The notes: generated from the letters alone by a model not told the origin. A DNA stretch of 64,000 nt from the human T2T-CHM13v2.0 reference genome, Homo sapiens (GCF_009914755.1 NC_060935.1); one strand, 5' to 3'. Counted from the stretch's first letter, positions 1 to 13,390 are shown. Made by a program: numbers and translations.

Positions 1-417
1 CAATGTGGAATGTGTTTACCTTTTTCCTTCTGAATGGGCCCCATGAGCAGCCATAACTGTGAAGACAGATACAATGGCAGGGACCATGGCGCCTTCATTT
101 CCTAAGGTCCATGGTAATTTTCTGCAAACCAATACTTCTCCTCAATAAACACATTATAGAATAACTCCTTCTAATTTGGGTCCAGTCTTGTTATAATTGT
201 AATATGCATGACATTTTGATATGACCATTCTGACATTCACATCTCTTTTATGACTCTGAAATTGAAAGTGTTTGGCTTAAAAAAATTTTTTTACCAACAA
301 ATGAACACTGAACTCTTTTCCCATTTCCTCAATCTTACACCATGGGAATGGAATAGATTCAGACATGTTCCTATCACTTTATTCAGGCAATAGTGTAGTT
401 ATTTTTGATAATTGGCT

Positions 418-574
418 TTGTGTTAGGCACTGTGCCAACTGATTTTTATACACTATCTTGTTTATGCCTCTTAATAACCCTGTGATATGACTATTATGCC
501 CATTTCCCGGATGAAGAAACAGAGGTTTGGAGAATTTAAGTAACTTTCTCAAAGTTCATCTAGTTAGTAAATGA
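418..574 (-). mobile_element. MIR SINE fragment
   Basis: MIR core in reverse: cccatttcccggatgaagaaacagaggtttggagaatttaagtaactttctcaaagttca. Confidence 0.7.
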
Positions 575-575
575 C

Positions 576-930
576 TCACCCATTCATGCAACAAATACTT
601 ATTAAGTGCTTACTATGTGCCAGGCACTGACCTAGGAGCTGAGATTACAGCTGCAAACAAAGCAGACAAAAGCGCCTGCCCTCATGAAGCTTACATTCGA
701 GGAGGGAGCAACGGAGACAGATAATAAGAAACAAACAACATGCATACGTAACACATCAGGTGATAAATGCTATGGAGAAAAACAAATGAGGAAAGATGGG
801 TGGAGGCAGTGGGGGTGCAGGCAGATTGCTACTTTAAATCCAGTGGTCAGTTGGCATAGCAGCAAAAGCGACATCTGAGCAAACACCTGAAGGAGATGAG
901 GGAGGGGGCTAGAAGGAAATCTGAGAAGAA
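576..930 (-). mobile_element. L2 LINE 3' fragment
   Basis: cattcatgcaacaaatacttattaagtgcttactatgtgccaggcactg is the reverse complement of the L2 3' end. Confidence 0.75.
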
Positions 931-1049
931 GGAACAGTGTTAGAGTTCAGGAAAATGATTTGACCCCCCAGTCTGTGCCATGGTAAACCCATGCTTATAA
1001 TCACTGGACTATAGTACAGTGCCATAGCCACTGGGTTGGGTCTGAGCTC

Positions 1050-1233
1050 AGTGCTGCTCATGTTTGACCACACATAGGATCGTGAAAAGGTCTTGTTAAC
1101 TTGAGATTCCTGGGCTCACCTTCAGAGATTCTGGTGCTCTAGGTCCCCTATAGGGTCTGAAAGTGTGCATTTCTAACAAGCGCTCCGAAAATGCTGACAC
1201 TGCTGGTTAAAGATCATTCTTTGAGAAGTGCTG
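1050..1233 (-). mobile_element. MER5-family hAT-Charlie MITE
   Basis: Termini cagtgctgctca...tgagaagtgctg; internal tgcatttctaacaagc typical of MER5A/B. Confidence 0.65.
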
Positions 1234-2309
1234 TTAAAGAAACTCACTTAGTAAAGTAGGGCACGAAGAGCAAAGAAAGTCCTATGAGTTTCCAGGGATG
1301 CTTATGGATACTTCGGCTAACAGTAATTTCCATACCCACACAACTCCCCCCTAAAAAGGCCAAGTGTTCTCTATTCAACACACAGACACGTAAATGCACA
1401 CACACACTGGATCAAATCCTCAACAAATCCTCAATTATCATTTAACCTAATGTTAATTTAGAAGTTAGGACCCTGAGTCAGAAAATCTGGCCCAGCTTAT
1501 ACCAGCTGTGCATCCTAGGCAAGTCACTTAACCTCTCTATGCCAAATATAGAGGTCTTTGTTTATTATGAAATTTGGGAGAAGGAGGCATTTGTAATTTG
1601 CAGTTATTCAATGAAAAGAAGTGAACTGCCATGCCCTCCCGACCCCATCCCTCTCCAGCAAAGCATTAGCCCATCCTATGAAGTGGGGAAGAGGCCAAGG
1701 GGATGAGGGAGAGGAAAGGGAATTGCAGGAAGTACACACAGGATACAAACCATGCGTGTAATTTTGTGAGCAACGATGCAACCTGACAGTTTTCAGCCTC
1801 TTCCCTGGGGCCAGCACCCCATCATGAGATGCTTTTCCTTTGCCACATTTCCTTGTCTTCTGGGTCCAGAGGAAAACGGTTTTTCCATTCTCACTATGGT
1901 GATTCACTAGCTGTACCTTCCCACCACACCTCCCAAGCCTAGATTTATAGCTCAAAGGGAAGATGTGAAGGCCGGATTTGTTCATAAATGGCAGGTGGTG
2001 ATAGGAAGACTGTGTGGTCTGAGAGAGGGAGCATTGAACCAGACCAAGCCCATTCCTGTCTGAGGTCGGCCTGAGGGATTGTGGCCTTGGCAAGGCTTTC
2101 AACAAGTTCTTCTTCTGTAAAATGGGCAGAATTGCCACGGCTTCTACTTCCTCCTGGACACAGAAGTACCAAGAACAGCTAGAAGCTCAGGATCCTACTA
2201 ATGTTGAATATGCCAAATACACAAATATCCAAATAGTGCTTATGGATAGCTGGGTACTGTTGGCAGTTACAGCCTCACTCACCTTTTCTGATATTAATAA
2301 TAATTAAGG

Positions 2310-2520
2310 ACAGTTGTTCAGCACCTACCCTTTGCCAGGCACTGTGCCTGGCCCTTTGCTTCCAGAATCTCTCCAGATCCCTGTGATTGCCCTGTGGGAT
2401 GAGTAGAGTTATCATTCCTATTTTTCAGATAAGGACACTGAAGCTCAGAGACAGTAAATTACTTTCTCCCAAGGTCATACAGCTACTAATGGCCAGGTTG
2501 GGGTTTGAACTGGGAACTCT
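2310..2520 (-). mobile_element. MIR SINE
   Basis: cctatttttcagataaggacactgaagctcagaga...cccaaggtcatacagcta. Confidence 0.7.
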
Positions 2521-2730
2521 CTCCATAGTTTGTGCCCATATGCTATTGCCTGGTCTCCATGCACTAACTTGTTTGTTTCCTACAGCAACAAAGTTGGTTT
2601 CATAAATCTGTAAATTGATGCTGTAGTCTTAGAGATGGCTGTAGACCGGAAAACTGACATTGCCACACAATTTGGCTTAGAAACCCATCCATTTGATTAT
2701 AACTTCTTTTGCTCTTTCCCTTATCCTTGC

Positions 2731-3025
2731 TTTTTTTTTTTTTTTGGCGGTGTCTTGCTTTGTTGCCCAGGCTGGAGTGCAGTGGTGCAATCATAGCTCA
2801 CTGCAGCCTTGATTTCCTGGGCTCAAGTGATCCTCTCACCTCAGCCTCCAAGGAGCTGGGCCTACAGGCATATGCCACCATGCCCAGCTTATTTTTTAAA
2901 ACCTTTTGTAGAGCTGGGTCTCACTATGTTGCCCTGGCTGGTCTCAAATTCCTGGGCTCAAGCAATCCTCCTGCCTTGGCCCACCAAAGTGCTAGGATTA
3001 CAGATATAAGCCATCGTGTCTGGCC
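2731..3025 (-). mobile_element. Alu (AluJ-like), dimeric
   Basis: Poly-T tail, both arms, J-type atcatagctcactgcagcct; short TSD-like ccttgc flanks. Confidence 0.92.
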
Positions 3026-4569
3026 CTTGCGTTTTGATTTGGTTTTACTGTTCTCTCAGGAAAGATACAATCTGGCTTCCCAAATTCCTGAAATACTGAC
3101 TCAACACAAATGCCTTCTGCTGTTTTCCCAAGGAGCTATTTGGTTGTGCTTTAACTTGCACCACAAATTGTTCCTCTCAGCATCTCCTTCCTTGAAGGAA
3201 TGAGGTATGGCTAATGCTCTGGAGTCTCTTGATATTGAAAAGAAGAAACGAAAATAAACGCTGAGCTTTTAGACCCATAAGCCAATTGCTGAAGTCACTT
3301 CTCCCCAGCCTCAGCTTCAAATAGCGGAGGAAGGCTGCCTGCCTACCCCTTCCGAAAGGACAATCCAATTGTAAATATTATCTGCACTTCTAAGAACATT
3401 TGAATGGTAACACTCAAGCAATTACTTTACTTTCAAGATCATTAAACACAAATCTGACTTGTACTTTAATAGGGCTGCCAATGTTGTTAATGGTGGAGAG
3501 GGTGGCATAAAGGCTAAGTTTTTTCCTCTAATGGGTGAATGTTTACATTATTACCCTTTCTGAGGAGTGCTGTTGCTGAGAGAGGTTGCTCAATGCCCAG
3601 AGACATTTTTTTTCTTTCTCACACCCCAGAATCCAACCCCTCTTTTGCCAAATGCAATGTCAGAACAGGTAGGAGGTACAGCAATTGTGGCATGGGCCAT
3701 GACAGTCCCCCAACTCCTTTCTCCTCTGGGTTGCTCACAGTCAGTCTCCCTCACCCAGCTCCTCTCCATGGACATGTCAGGGTCCCAGCAAAGAAAATGG
3801 ACTTTGGAAGGAATGAACAATATTTTTACTTAGGAGGCTCCACTCTCATGCCTTGAATCTTAGCTCCCTGCTATTTTCCTCCTGTTTTAGAGAACGGGGG
3901 TTCTAAGAACGGTGCCAGAGGCAACTGTCTAGAGGCCTGCATCCTCTGCTCATATTCAGGGTGGAAGGGGCCAGCTTTGCAGGAGGGAGGCCTGTAGACT
4001 TTGCTCTCCTTTTTCCCCAGGTTACCTGGTCTCTTAGAGGCACCTGCAGTGCCACCTTGGAGGCTATGGAAAGACAACTGCTGTCATCGTAGAAATTGGA
4101 CACTGGAGTCTGCAAAAAGCCTCCTGGAAGGGACACTCACTCGCTGGAGGTGCTGACTCCCAGGGGTTGGGGTGGTCCATTCCTTGTCCCCCCGCCCACA
4201 ACACACACACTCAGGCCATTGCTCGTCCTTCACTGGTAGACCTCATAGCATGTCTCATGGCCCCTCCCTTGGCTTCCTATGAAAGTGACCTGGGTGGCTG
4301 CCTATGGAGTGAGATCTCAGGTTCACCTAGAAGCCACTCTGTCCCCAAAGAATTCTGTCTGGCAGTCGGGATCTGATAGTCCTTTGATAGGCAGGGTCTG
4401 GTGCCTTTCATTGCTCATTGAGAAACTGGACTGAAAATAGAAGTTTTGAATGTTGGGTGAGCAGAGCGTGCTGTCAGGGCAGTGTCTATACAGTGTGTTT
4501 CCCTTTTAACTTGTGGTTTAGTTTCAGGTATGATTAAGTTATACATTTCCAGAAAGCAAAGACGTTAGG

Positions 4570-4840
4570 GGATCAGACTTTGGGATTACATTGCCCTAAT
4601 TTTAATTGTCTTGGTGGTTTCTAGCTGTGTGACCTCAGGCAGTTTATTAAACTCTGTGGGCCTTATTTCTTCAAACATAAAATGGAGGTGGGGGGTAGGG
4701 GGTGCAGGGGTGAGAGTGGAGGGTTGGGGGGATTGGGGAGGTAGTGGGGAGACTACAGCTAATAATCCTTATTTCACAGGGTCGTTATGAGGGTTAGATA
4801 AATGTAAAGTCCTTGCATAAGCTGCTTCATGGGAAGTACT
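4570..4840 (+). mobile_element. MIR interrupted by a G-rich tract (4684-4750)
   Basis: ctagctgtgtgacctcaggcagtttattaaactct...taaaatgg, G-runs, then taataatccttatttcacagggtcgttatgaggg. Confidence 0.65.
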
Positions 4841-4986
4841 TAATGATCATTTCTCTGTTGTGAAATTTGCTTCCTTTGCCTGCTACAGACATTTCAAACA
4901 CTACACATACAGCAATAACCAAGTAGAAAAGTCTCTCTGAGGTTGATGTGACTGATATCGGTCATTTTTTAATTTATTTTTTCCTT

Positions 4987-5000
4987 AGATTTATTTATAT

Positions 5001-5031
<31 letters not shown>

Positions 5032-5317
5032 TTTGAGACAGAGTCTCAATCTGTCACCTTGGCTGGAGTGCAGTTGCCCGATTGTGGCTCACCACAACCT
5101 CTGCCTCCTAGGCTCAAGCGATCCTCCCACCTCAGCCTCCTGTGTAGCTGGGACCACAGGTGTGCACCATCCCTGCCAGCTAATTTTTTGTATTTTTTGT
5201 AAAGACGGGGTCTCACCATGTTGCCCAGGCTGGCCTCAAACTCCTGGACTTAAGTGATCCTCCTGCCTCTGTCTCCCAAATTGCTGGGATTACAGGTGTG
5301 AGCCACCACACCCAGCT
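4987..5317 (-). mobile_element. Alu (AluJ-like) with (TTTA)n tail
   Basis: Two Alu arms, J-type ggctcaagcgatcctcccacctc; tail is a TTTA microsatellite. Confidence 0.92.
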
Positions 5318-6399
5318 AGTCATTCTTAATATCAGCTTTTGATGGAAGAGGAGAGATGAAGAAAGGTTCAGAAAGGAGCCTCCAAACCTCAGCGACAGGC
5401 TCTGCTGCATTCACACTTCTGTCGAGAACCCGCAGCTTCTCCATTTTGTCCCAGGTAGGTGCAAGAGTGTGAGGGAGCAAATCCTCCCTAGTGCCTATTC
5501 TTCTCCGGGACAAATATTCATTTCACTTTTTTTTTTCTGTCCAGGTAATTCCACAAGAATTGCCATATTCATATCTATTCGATATTCTACTCTAGCAATG
5601 GGACCCATAACATGCCTTATATTCATTGGTCAGAAACAAAATGGCAGCCAAAATGATTTTCCAATGGGCTGAGAAGGATAGGAAAGTTGGCGTTTGGACG
5701 GAGACCTATGGTTGCTCTGGACCCTGAGTGAGAGTCATGATTCTGGAGCCATCTTTTGTGCCCAGATCAACTAATAACAGACATAGCCAAGCCCACTGAT
5801 TTAATCAATGTGTCCCCCAGCTTCTCCTTCTCTGGCCAGCTCTGTTGATTTTTCTGAATTAATTCTTTTGAGTAAGGAAAAGATCAAACTCTGGGATCCC
5901 TTCAGTGCCTAAGTCTACTGGTTTATTCAAGAAGAGTGAGAGCTCTGGGATTTGGAATCTCACTTCTGTCCTAGAAGACCCGTTTGTGCCCCTGAAGAAT
6001 AGAAGTACCTGAAAAGCATCATTTTGAGGAGTGTGCATTTAAGGTTTTTCCTTGAGTTTTCCTCACTAATGAGGTTAATAAGGAAATGATGCTTCCAACA
6101 ATAGCTGTTACTGCTAAGCCCCTGTGGAGATAAAAGATCAGTGGTAAGATCTTTCAATGCCTTCTCATTTTAAACTCGTAGAATTGGTGTCTGGTACGTG
6201 CACATAATTCAGTTGTTTGAGGGATTTGCATCTGCACTACTCACTGGTCTTCCACATGCATTCACTAGGTTTTATGTCTGAAGGAGGCAGGCGTGACATT
6301 TCCAAGTCAAAGCCGGCTGACTTCTGTCAGGGAGCTGGTAGAGTTATTTTAAAAGTTTAGTAACATGCTTTTCTCTATAAAATAATATCTGCTAATAAT

Positions 6400-6980
6400 A
6401 GAAAATTTAGACTCCATAAATAAGCAGAAAGAATAGTAGAAAATCACCCATCATCCTACCACCTAAAGATAGCCCATGTTAGCATTTGGAGATACTGTTT
6501 TCTATTTATTTATCTATTCATTAATTTTTAAAAACATAATATGATCACACAATACAAACAATTTTTTCCTGCTTTTTTTCAGTTAACATTATGGTGTAAA
6601 CAGATTATTGAAAATTTTTAATAAATATAATTTTAGTAACTATATGACATTTGTAAAATTCATCCAACCATTTCTATATTATTGGACACTTTCTGATTTT
6701 TTGTTATTACAAGTAATGCTAGTTATGGCATCTATGAGTAGATGTTTTATTTACTATAATAAACATCTGTGAGTAGCTGTTTACTATAATAAACATCTGT
6801 GAGTAGATGTTTATTATAGTAGTAGCTTTAGTAGTTTATTATAGTAGTAGCTTTAGTAGTTTATTATAGTAGTAGCTTTTTCATTATGTGAGATTATTTC
6901 CTTAGGTCAGAGTTCCAGAATTGGAATTACTGGGTCAGAAGGGATAAATATTTGATAGCTCTTAATCTATAATGCAAAGT
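6400..6980 (-). mobile_element. Old L1M (L1ME-like) fragment containing a tandem/inverted patchwork
   Basis: aaaatcacccatcatcctaccacc...ccagaattggaattactgggtcagaaggga resemble L1ME 3' region. Confidence 0.55.
6729..6880. repeat. Compound tandem (30-bp x2, 25-bp x3) and 17-bp inverted repeat
   Basis: Units read directly from the sequence; see findings. Confidence 0.9.
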
Positions 6981-7194
6981 AGAAATTATTATGTTGGCAA
7001 AAGGGATGGATTTGATGGCTATGAAGGCCCCTTCTGGTGCTACTAGTCTGTGTTTCTAAGACTCTTTCTTCCTCCTATGTTGATATATCTATCAAGCCAC
7101 TATAACATAGAGGCTTGCCAGACATTGATTTTTCAACATTGAACATTTGAGACAGTGTATAAAATAATCATCAAAAAGGATTTGAGTAGTATGT

Positions 7195-7700
7195 GTAAGT
7201 AATATTAGAACCCTCAATCAAACACACTTGAGCAAAAGAGACTCATTTATTGGCTCATCTAATTAATACTCCAGAGGTAATACGCATTCAGGCATAGTTG
7301 AACCCAGGACCTTGGTTTTCTTCTCCCCATCCTTTGGTCTTGTTTTCTTCTCTACTGGCTTCTCAGGCAAGCTCTCCCATTTTGCTCACATGATGATGCC
7401 AGAAACTCCATCTTTATCTTTCAAGCAACTCTAGTGAGGAAAACTTGCCTCTTTCCCATTATTCCAGCAAAATTCCAAGATTAATACTTACCAGCTCTGA
7501 CTGGCCTAGTTTGAATCATGCGGCTATGGTAACAGGCATATTATACTCCCATTTTGCCTGGACTGGGTTACATGCATTTCTCTAGAGCTGGAGAAGAAGT
7601 CATCTTCACCTAAACCAATATTGACTAAGAGTGGAAGAGAGTCCGCCAAGAGAGAATGAGAAAGGTTTAACTTAAAGAAAAGAAGATGAATGTCAGCTGA
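7195..7700 (-). mobile_element. Old MaLR LTR (MLT1K/L-like)
   Basis: ttgagcaaaagagactcatttattggctcat...ttcaggcatagttgaacccagg. Confidence 0.5.
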
Positions 7701-8711
7701 GTGAGAACAGTCTCTCCATTAAAAAGCACTTCTCTTTTAGAGTGCTCTCTAGAACCCTTCCTCTAGGATACAAATCTCTAACAAGGTATTGCCTTGAATA
7801 AAGAAAGACCCTGAGCCCTCATGACCTTCTATAGGAAGCAAGTGACTGTTAATATCAGGTAAGCAGGTCACCACGGAAGACATTCCTAGAAAACCAAACC
7901 CATTTCTTCATTTATTCATTTGGCAAATATTATTGCAGCACCTACCATGTATCAATTTAGCATTTATTTAGCTGCCAATGTTCTAGGTGCTGGGGGCACA
8001 ACAAAGATTCCTGTCCAATCTCGCCATCTGGTTTAGCCTTTTGAAGGTGCTAATGAATTCTCTGAAATGTCTCTGATGCACCCCGACTGTCTATAGGCCA
8101 TGCATGTGTTTATTTACAATTGGAATGGCTCATTGCCGCTCTGGCTGGCTGGGCTATAATTTGCTCAGGCACTTAAGCTTCACTATAAAAAAAATCCAAA
8201 AAAATCACTGCTTCTTCGCTAGTTTCAATTTGGCTGTTATGTTTATACTGAAGATTACCTGGATGAAGCACTCAGCTTAAATGCAGCAGAAATGTAAAAT
8301 AGGGCATGTGAAAGAAAATAGGTATGGATGGCTAATAAATCCCCTCAAATGAAGAGAGCTTCTCATGCAGCCTTAGAAGATATTTGCATAACCTAATTTC
8401 CCATAGCAGGATCTTTGCCGCTATTCATTCACATGTTTAAATCTCTCTAAAATAGAGACTGGTCATTTATACTTTTACCTGAATAATAGTCATTTGTAAT
8501 TTTACTTGAATATCCTAACAAAATTTTAGTGAGAAGCATCTCCCTACAGTATGATACCATGGAACACTGTGACCAAAAGATGTGTTGAAATTAGTGAACA
8601 AGTGTCCACTCATTCAATAAATATTGGCCGAGCCATGTGCCAGGCACTGTTCTAAGAGTGCTCTTGAGCCAAGAAAAGATCCTGAGGTAGACAAATTATT
8701 CAAGGTAGGAC

Positions 8712-9081
8712 TAATATGGTTTGGCTCTGTGTCCCCACCCAAATCTCATCTTGAATTGTAATCCAAATTGTAATCCCTAGGTGTCAAGGGAGGGACCTGG
8801 TGGGAGGGGATTGGATAATGGGGACAGTTTCCCCCATGCTGTTCTTGTGATAGTGAGTGAATTCCCATGAGATGTGGTTGTTTGATAAGTGTGGAGCTCT
8901 TCCCCCTTGATGCTCTCTGTCTCTCACCTGCCGCAATGTGCCTGCTTCCCCTTCCACCATGATTGTAAGTTTCCTGAGGCTTCCCCAGCTATGTGGAACT
9001 GAGTCAATTAAACCTCTTTCCTTTATAAATTACCCAGTCTCAGGGAAGTTCTTGATAGCAGTGTGAAAATGAACTAATACA
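8712..9081 (+). mobile_element. THE1 (THE1D-like) MaLR solo LTR
   Basis: Starts taatatggtttggctctgtgtccccacccaaatctcatc, ends gaactaataca; gagtcaattaaacctctttcctttataaattacccagtctc. Confidence 0.9.
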
Positions 9082-9224
9082 AAGAATTTAGACTTGCGTT
9101 TGAAACCTTTCACTGACAAATGCTGACTGTGTGATTCTGGGCAGGTACATTTGTCTTTCAGGCTTCATTTTGTTGATGTTGTAATCTGAGAAGCAAAGGC
9201 AGGAAAGGCAAAGAAGAGGCCACA

Positions 9225-9470
9225 GTGTGAAGAGGTTAGGAGCTCAGGTGATAATCTCTCTGAGGCCCGGGTTCAATTCCCTACTCCCACTTAGTAGCTG
9301 TGTGACTTGGGTGAGTTTCTTCTCTTTAATCTTAGGGTTTTCAATTGTAAAATGGAGTTTATAAGAGACGTGCTTTATAGGATTGCTGTGAGAAACACTT
9401 GCGATACTGCATTGAAAGCACTTAGCCTAGTGCCTGGCACATAAGGATGCCTCAATCAACGCGAGCTGTC
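9225..9470 (+). mobile_element. MIR SINE
   Basis: gggttcaattccctactcccacttagtagctgtgtgacttggg...tgtaaaatgg...cttagcctagtgcctggcacata. Confidence 0.75.
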
Positions 9471-9554
9471 ACTTTTCCCATTACTGCTATGGTTACTGTT
9501 ATTGTTGTTATTGCTATCTTAGCTGACAACTTTAATAATTACAGTTGGCACTGA

Positions 9555-10040
9555 ATTCATTCATTCATTTTATATATACGTATATATTTAGTGAGTTCTG
9601 CTATGCACCAGGGACACTCTAGTGATGGGGACCAAGCTATGACCAGTCAGAAAGACTTTTACTGGCTAGGAGCTTGAATTCTAGTGAAGAGAGAGGCAGA
9701 TGATAAATTAGTAAACAAGCAAACAAATACAGAAATAATAGTTTCAGAGAGTGATATTTGCTATTAAGGAAATAAAATGGAAAAACTAATACACAATGAC
9801 TGGAAGTAGGGGGAGTCTTTAAATCTTCAGAGAGGGAGACATTTTTCCTAAGAGGTGAATGCTGAGAAGATAACAGTTACGTAACAGACCTGAAGAAGGG
9901 CTTTCAAAGCAGGAGAGATAGCATGAAGATCCTAGGAAAGCCAGGGTAGCTAGAGAGTAGCTGACAAAACAGGAAAATGACATTAAGAGAAAAATTGGAG
10001 AGATGAGTGCCATGATCGATTAGTGATGTCTGTGCATGGC
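9555..10040 (-). mobile_element. L2 fragment
   Basis: (attc)n start followed by L2 3' region in reverse. Confidence 0.6.
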
Positions 10041-10293
10041 AAAGAAGATGAAGAATCAGCGAGAACATCACACATTTGCAAGCCCTGCTGTCCCTAAAGT
10101 CCCTTTTAATTGCTAGTATAAAAAACTTCCAGGAATCTCCTACCTTTACCCTATAATCTGACCAAATTAGAAGCATACAGCCGTTTAATAATCATATTTC
10201 TGATTTTAAGAATTTTAAGAACCAAAGTTTCTTGAGGTTATCTACTTCTGGGTTGAATAAGAAATAAGGCTATTTCCTGGTTAAGAACAACTA

Positions 10294-10592
<299 letters not shown>

Positions 10593-11590
10593 GAAAAACT
10601 ATCCTGGTACAAATCTGGTGCGATGGTCACTTTCTCTCTCCTCTGTCACATAGCAGCTGAGAAGGGAGAGCAGTTTCACTAGAGCTCAGCTTCATGGTTG
10701 GTTTTATTCTAAGCTAACAATTATGGTAAGCTATATCAAATAAGTCAATGGAAAAAAATTGGCCAAAAATAGGAGGGTTGAGATGAACATTTGGTTGAAC
10801 CAATGATTTGGGTGAAAGTAATTTCCACAGACACTGGATTTGCTACATAAAAAACCCATACACACACAGTGTTGGTGCACAATGGGAAGGTTTTGTCATC
10901 TTTGATGTGGCTGTATATATTTATGCCATTTTTTCATTTTTCTATTTTTAAATTTATTTTCATTTATGCACTTCATCTTTGTACTGTTTGTAATATACAA
11001 CCTGAATGTAATCAAACTGGAGATTGGTTAATACTGTATGTGATAAATGTTAGGGATGAGCTGACTAAAACATACATGTGTTTTATATGTATACATATAG
11101 AAATGTATCTGCATGGATGAACATGATGGAATTAACAACGGAGGATGTCTCTGAGTGAAGCTGATGGTTTAACTATAATTTAAATACTATATTCTGATTT
11201 TCATATACTGGTTTTGATATTATACTGGTTTGGATATTATAAAAAATTAAGTAATAAAGCATGAAAGGAATAATAAAAAAGTATCTAGAAATTTCAGAAG
11301 GTTGTTCGAAGTTTTTGTTCATTTCAAATTTATTTTCAGTTCATTGTAATGTCTGCTCTGCTCATTTGGATGTATTTTCATCTATGTTATAACTTTTTGC
11401 ACATTTGTCAAAAATTTGTGTTTTCTATTGCTTACTTTTTAAACTCCATACAATGCATGCTACTTTGTAACCCATTATAATATATTGTTGAATTCACTAC
11501 AGCTGATTCTTTAACTTACTTCCTTCTTTTCAATATTATATGCAGTCAGAACAGGAGTAGCTGGCAGAAATCAATGCAAATTTTAAAATC

Positions 11591-11893
<303 letters not shown>

Positions 11894-12272
11894 TCAACAA
11901 CATAGTAACAAATCTTGAAAATTTCTGAAATTCAGATAAAATTGTTTGAAGATCCATTGTAAGTTGCAAAACCATTCCCATGTCATATCCAAATTATCCA
12001 TATGAGAAACATAGTGAGTAGGAATGATTGTTTCCAGTGATTATCTCAACCAATGGTGTGCTTCCACAGAAAGCCTCTCTGGCCTTCCCACAGTCACTAG
12101 CAAGGCTCTGGTGGATGCCTGAATTTCACTTACTCTAGCTTCATTTTCGAGAAATAATATGCAAATGTCCTTTTTGAGAATTGGAGTTCAAGAAGAAGGG
12201 CTCAGTCAAACTCCAAAGTAACCTGTAAATGCATTTGGAGAGGTATATGATGTTAAAATTTTTCTCTGTCTC

Positions 12273-12311
<39 letters not shown>
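12273..12311. repeat. (CA)n microsatellite
   Basis: About 19 CA units. Confidence 0.95.
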
Positions 12312-12313
<2 letters not shown>

Positions 12314-12462
12314 ATACTTTCTCTTTTTAGTTTTAGTGATATTTAATTTTTATTTCCAATTCACATTCCACTCAATTCTTAAAAGTGTGGCAGTCTACCA
12401 GCTCTCTAGTCTCTTGGTTATGTAATGATTGGAAAAACAGGACTGTTTCAAGGAAACTTACC

Positions 12463-12718
12463 TTTTTGTTTGTTTGTTTGTTTTAAATCTTAGATTCAGG
12501 AGGTACATGTGCAGGTTTGTTACATGGGCATATTGCATAATGCTGAGGTTTGGTTTCTCTTGATCCGGTTACCCAAATAGTGAGCATACTATCTAATAGA
12601 TAGTTTTTCAATCCTTGTCCCCTTCCTTCCCTCTCTCCTTTTGGAGTCCCCAGCATCTGCTGTTCCCATCTGCTGTTCCCGTCTGTGTGTACCCAATGTT
12701 TAGCTCCCACTTCTAAGT
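12463..12718 (-). mobile_element. L1PA (older, PA13-16-like) 3' end
   Basis: ttagattcaggaggtacatgtgcaggtttgttacatgggcatattgcataatgctgaggtttgg...tttagctcccactt. Confidence 0.85.
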
Positions 12719-12929
12719 CTCTCTCTGTGTCTTTCTCTCTCTCTGTCTTTCTCTTGCTCTCTCTTCTGAGATCATTTTAGGGCTCATTTTTAGAATTACC
12801 CTAGGTATTAGATATTGAGTAGCCCAGGCTAACCTGAGCAGAGTCTGCAGCTTTACTTTGCTGTGGAATCTAGTGCAAAGTATTCTCCGGCCCCTTTGCT
12901 ACACAGTCTTCTTAGGCTTAAAGCACACA

Positions 12930-13390
12930 ACCCTTATTGGTGCCCCCTATTTCTGAATCCTGCCACATCCTGGACACTGGGATTTCTTACCCTGGCATCC
13001 CAGCCTCCCTGCCAGCTTCATCTCTCTTCATTTTCCCATGATGTCCTAATCCCAAATGACCTGCTTCCACTCTCAGCTTTAGGCCTTTCAACTTTCGGTT
13101 CCCTCTGCCTGGAGCTCCCCCACTCCCATCTGAGGGCCCATCTTTTTCTGCTGGCTAATTTCTTCCACTTCCTTCAAGACTCAGAGCAGGTGGCAGTTCC
13201 TCTCTGAAGCTTTCCTATTTTTGTTTTCCCTATTCTGTATCCCCTTCAAGTTGGGCTCAGAACCTCTTCTGTCTCCTCACATTATCTTCCTGGGTGGTAG
13301 CTATGAATTTATATGCTCTACTCCCGGGTAGTCACTGAGCTCCTGGAGGGCAGGGTCTGTGTGCTATTTATATCTGTGTCCATGCACTCT
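12930..13390 (+). mobile_element. L2 fragment
   Basis: ttccctctgcctggagctccc...tgagctcctggagggcagggtctgtgt. Confidence 0.6.

Noticed and set aside
1608-2138. 176-aa ORF in mostly unique sequence (likewise 41185-41667, 47484-47930, 57490-57930)
   Set aside because: No recognisable domain or exon context, several use non-ATG starts or overlap MIR fragments, and such lengths are expected by chance in six frames of 64 kb.
2709-3203. 164-aa ORF and other LPRLECSG / WDYRH-type ORFs (e.g. 17118, 19931, 26974, 58287, 59583)
   Set aside because: Translations of antisense Alu sequence, a well-known annotation artefact.
6751-6880. Short repeats of CRISPR-like unit length
   Set aside because: Units are directly tandem with no unique spacers, the context is eukaryotic and there are no cas genes.
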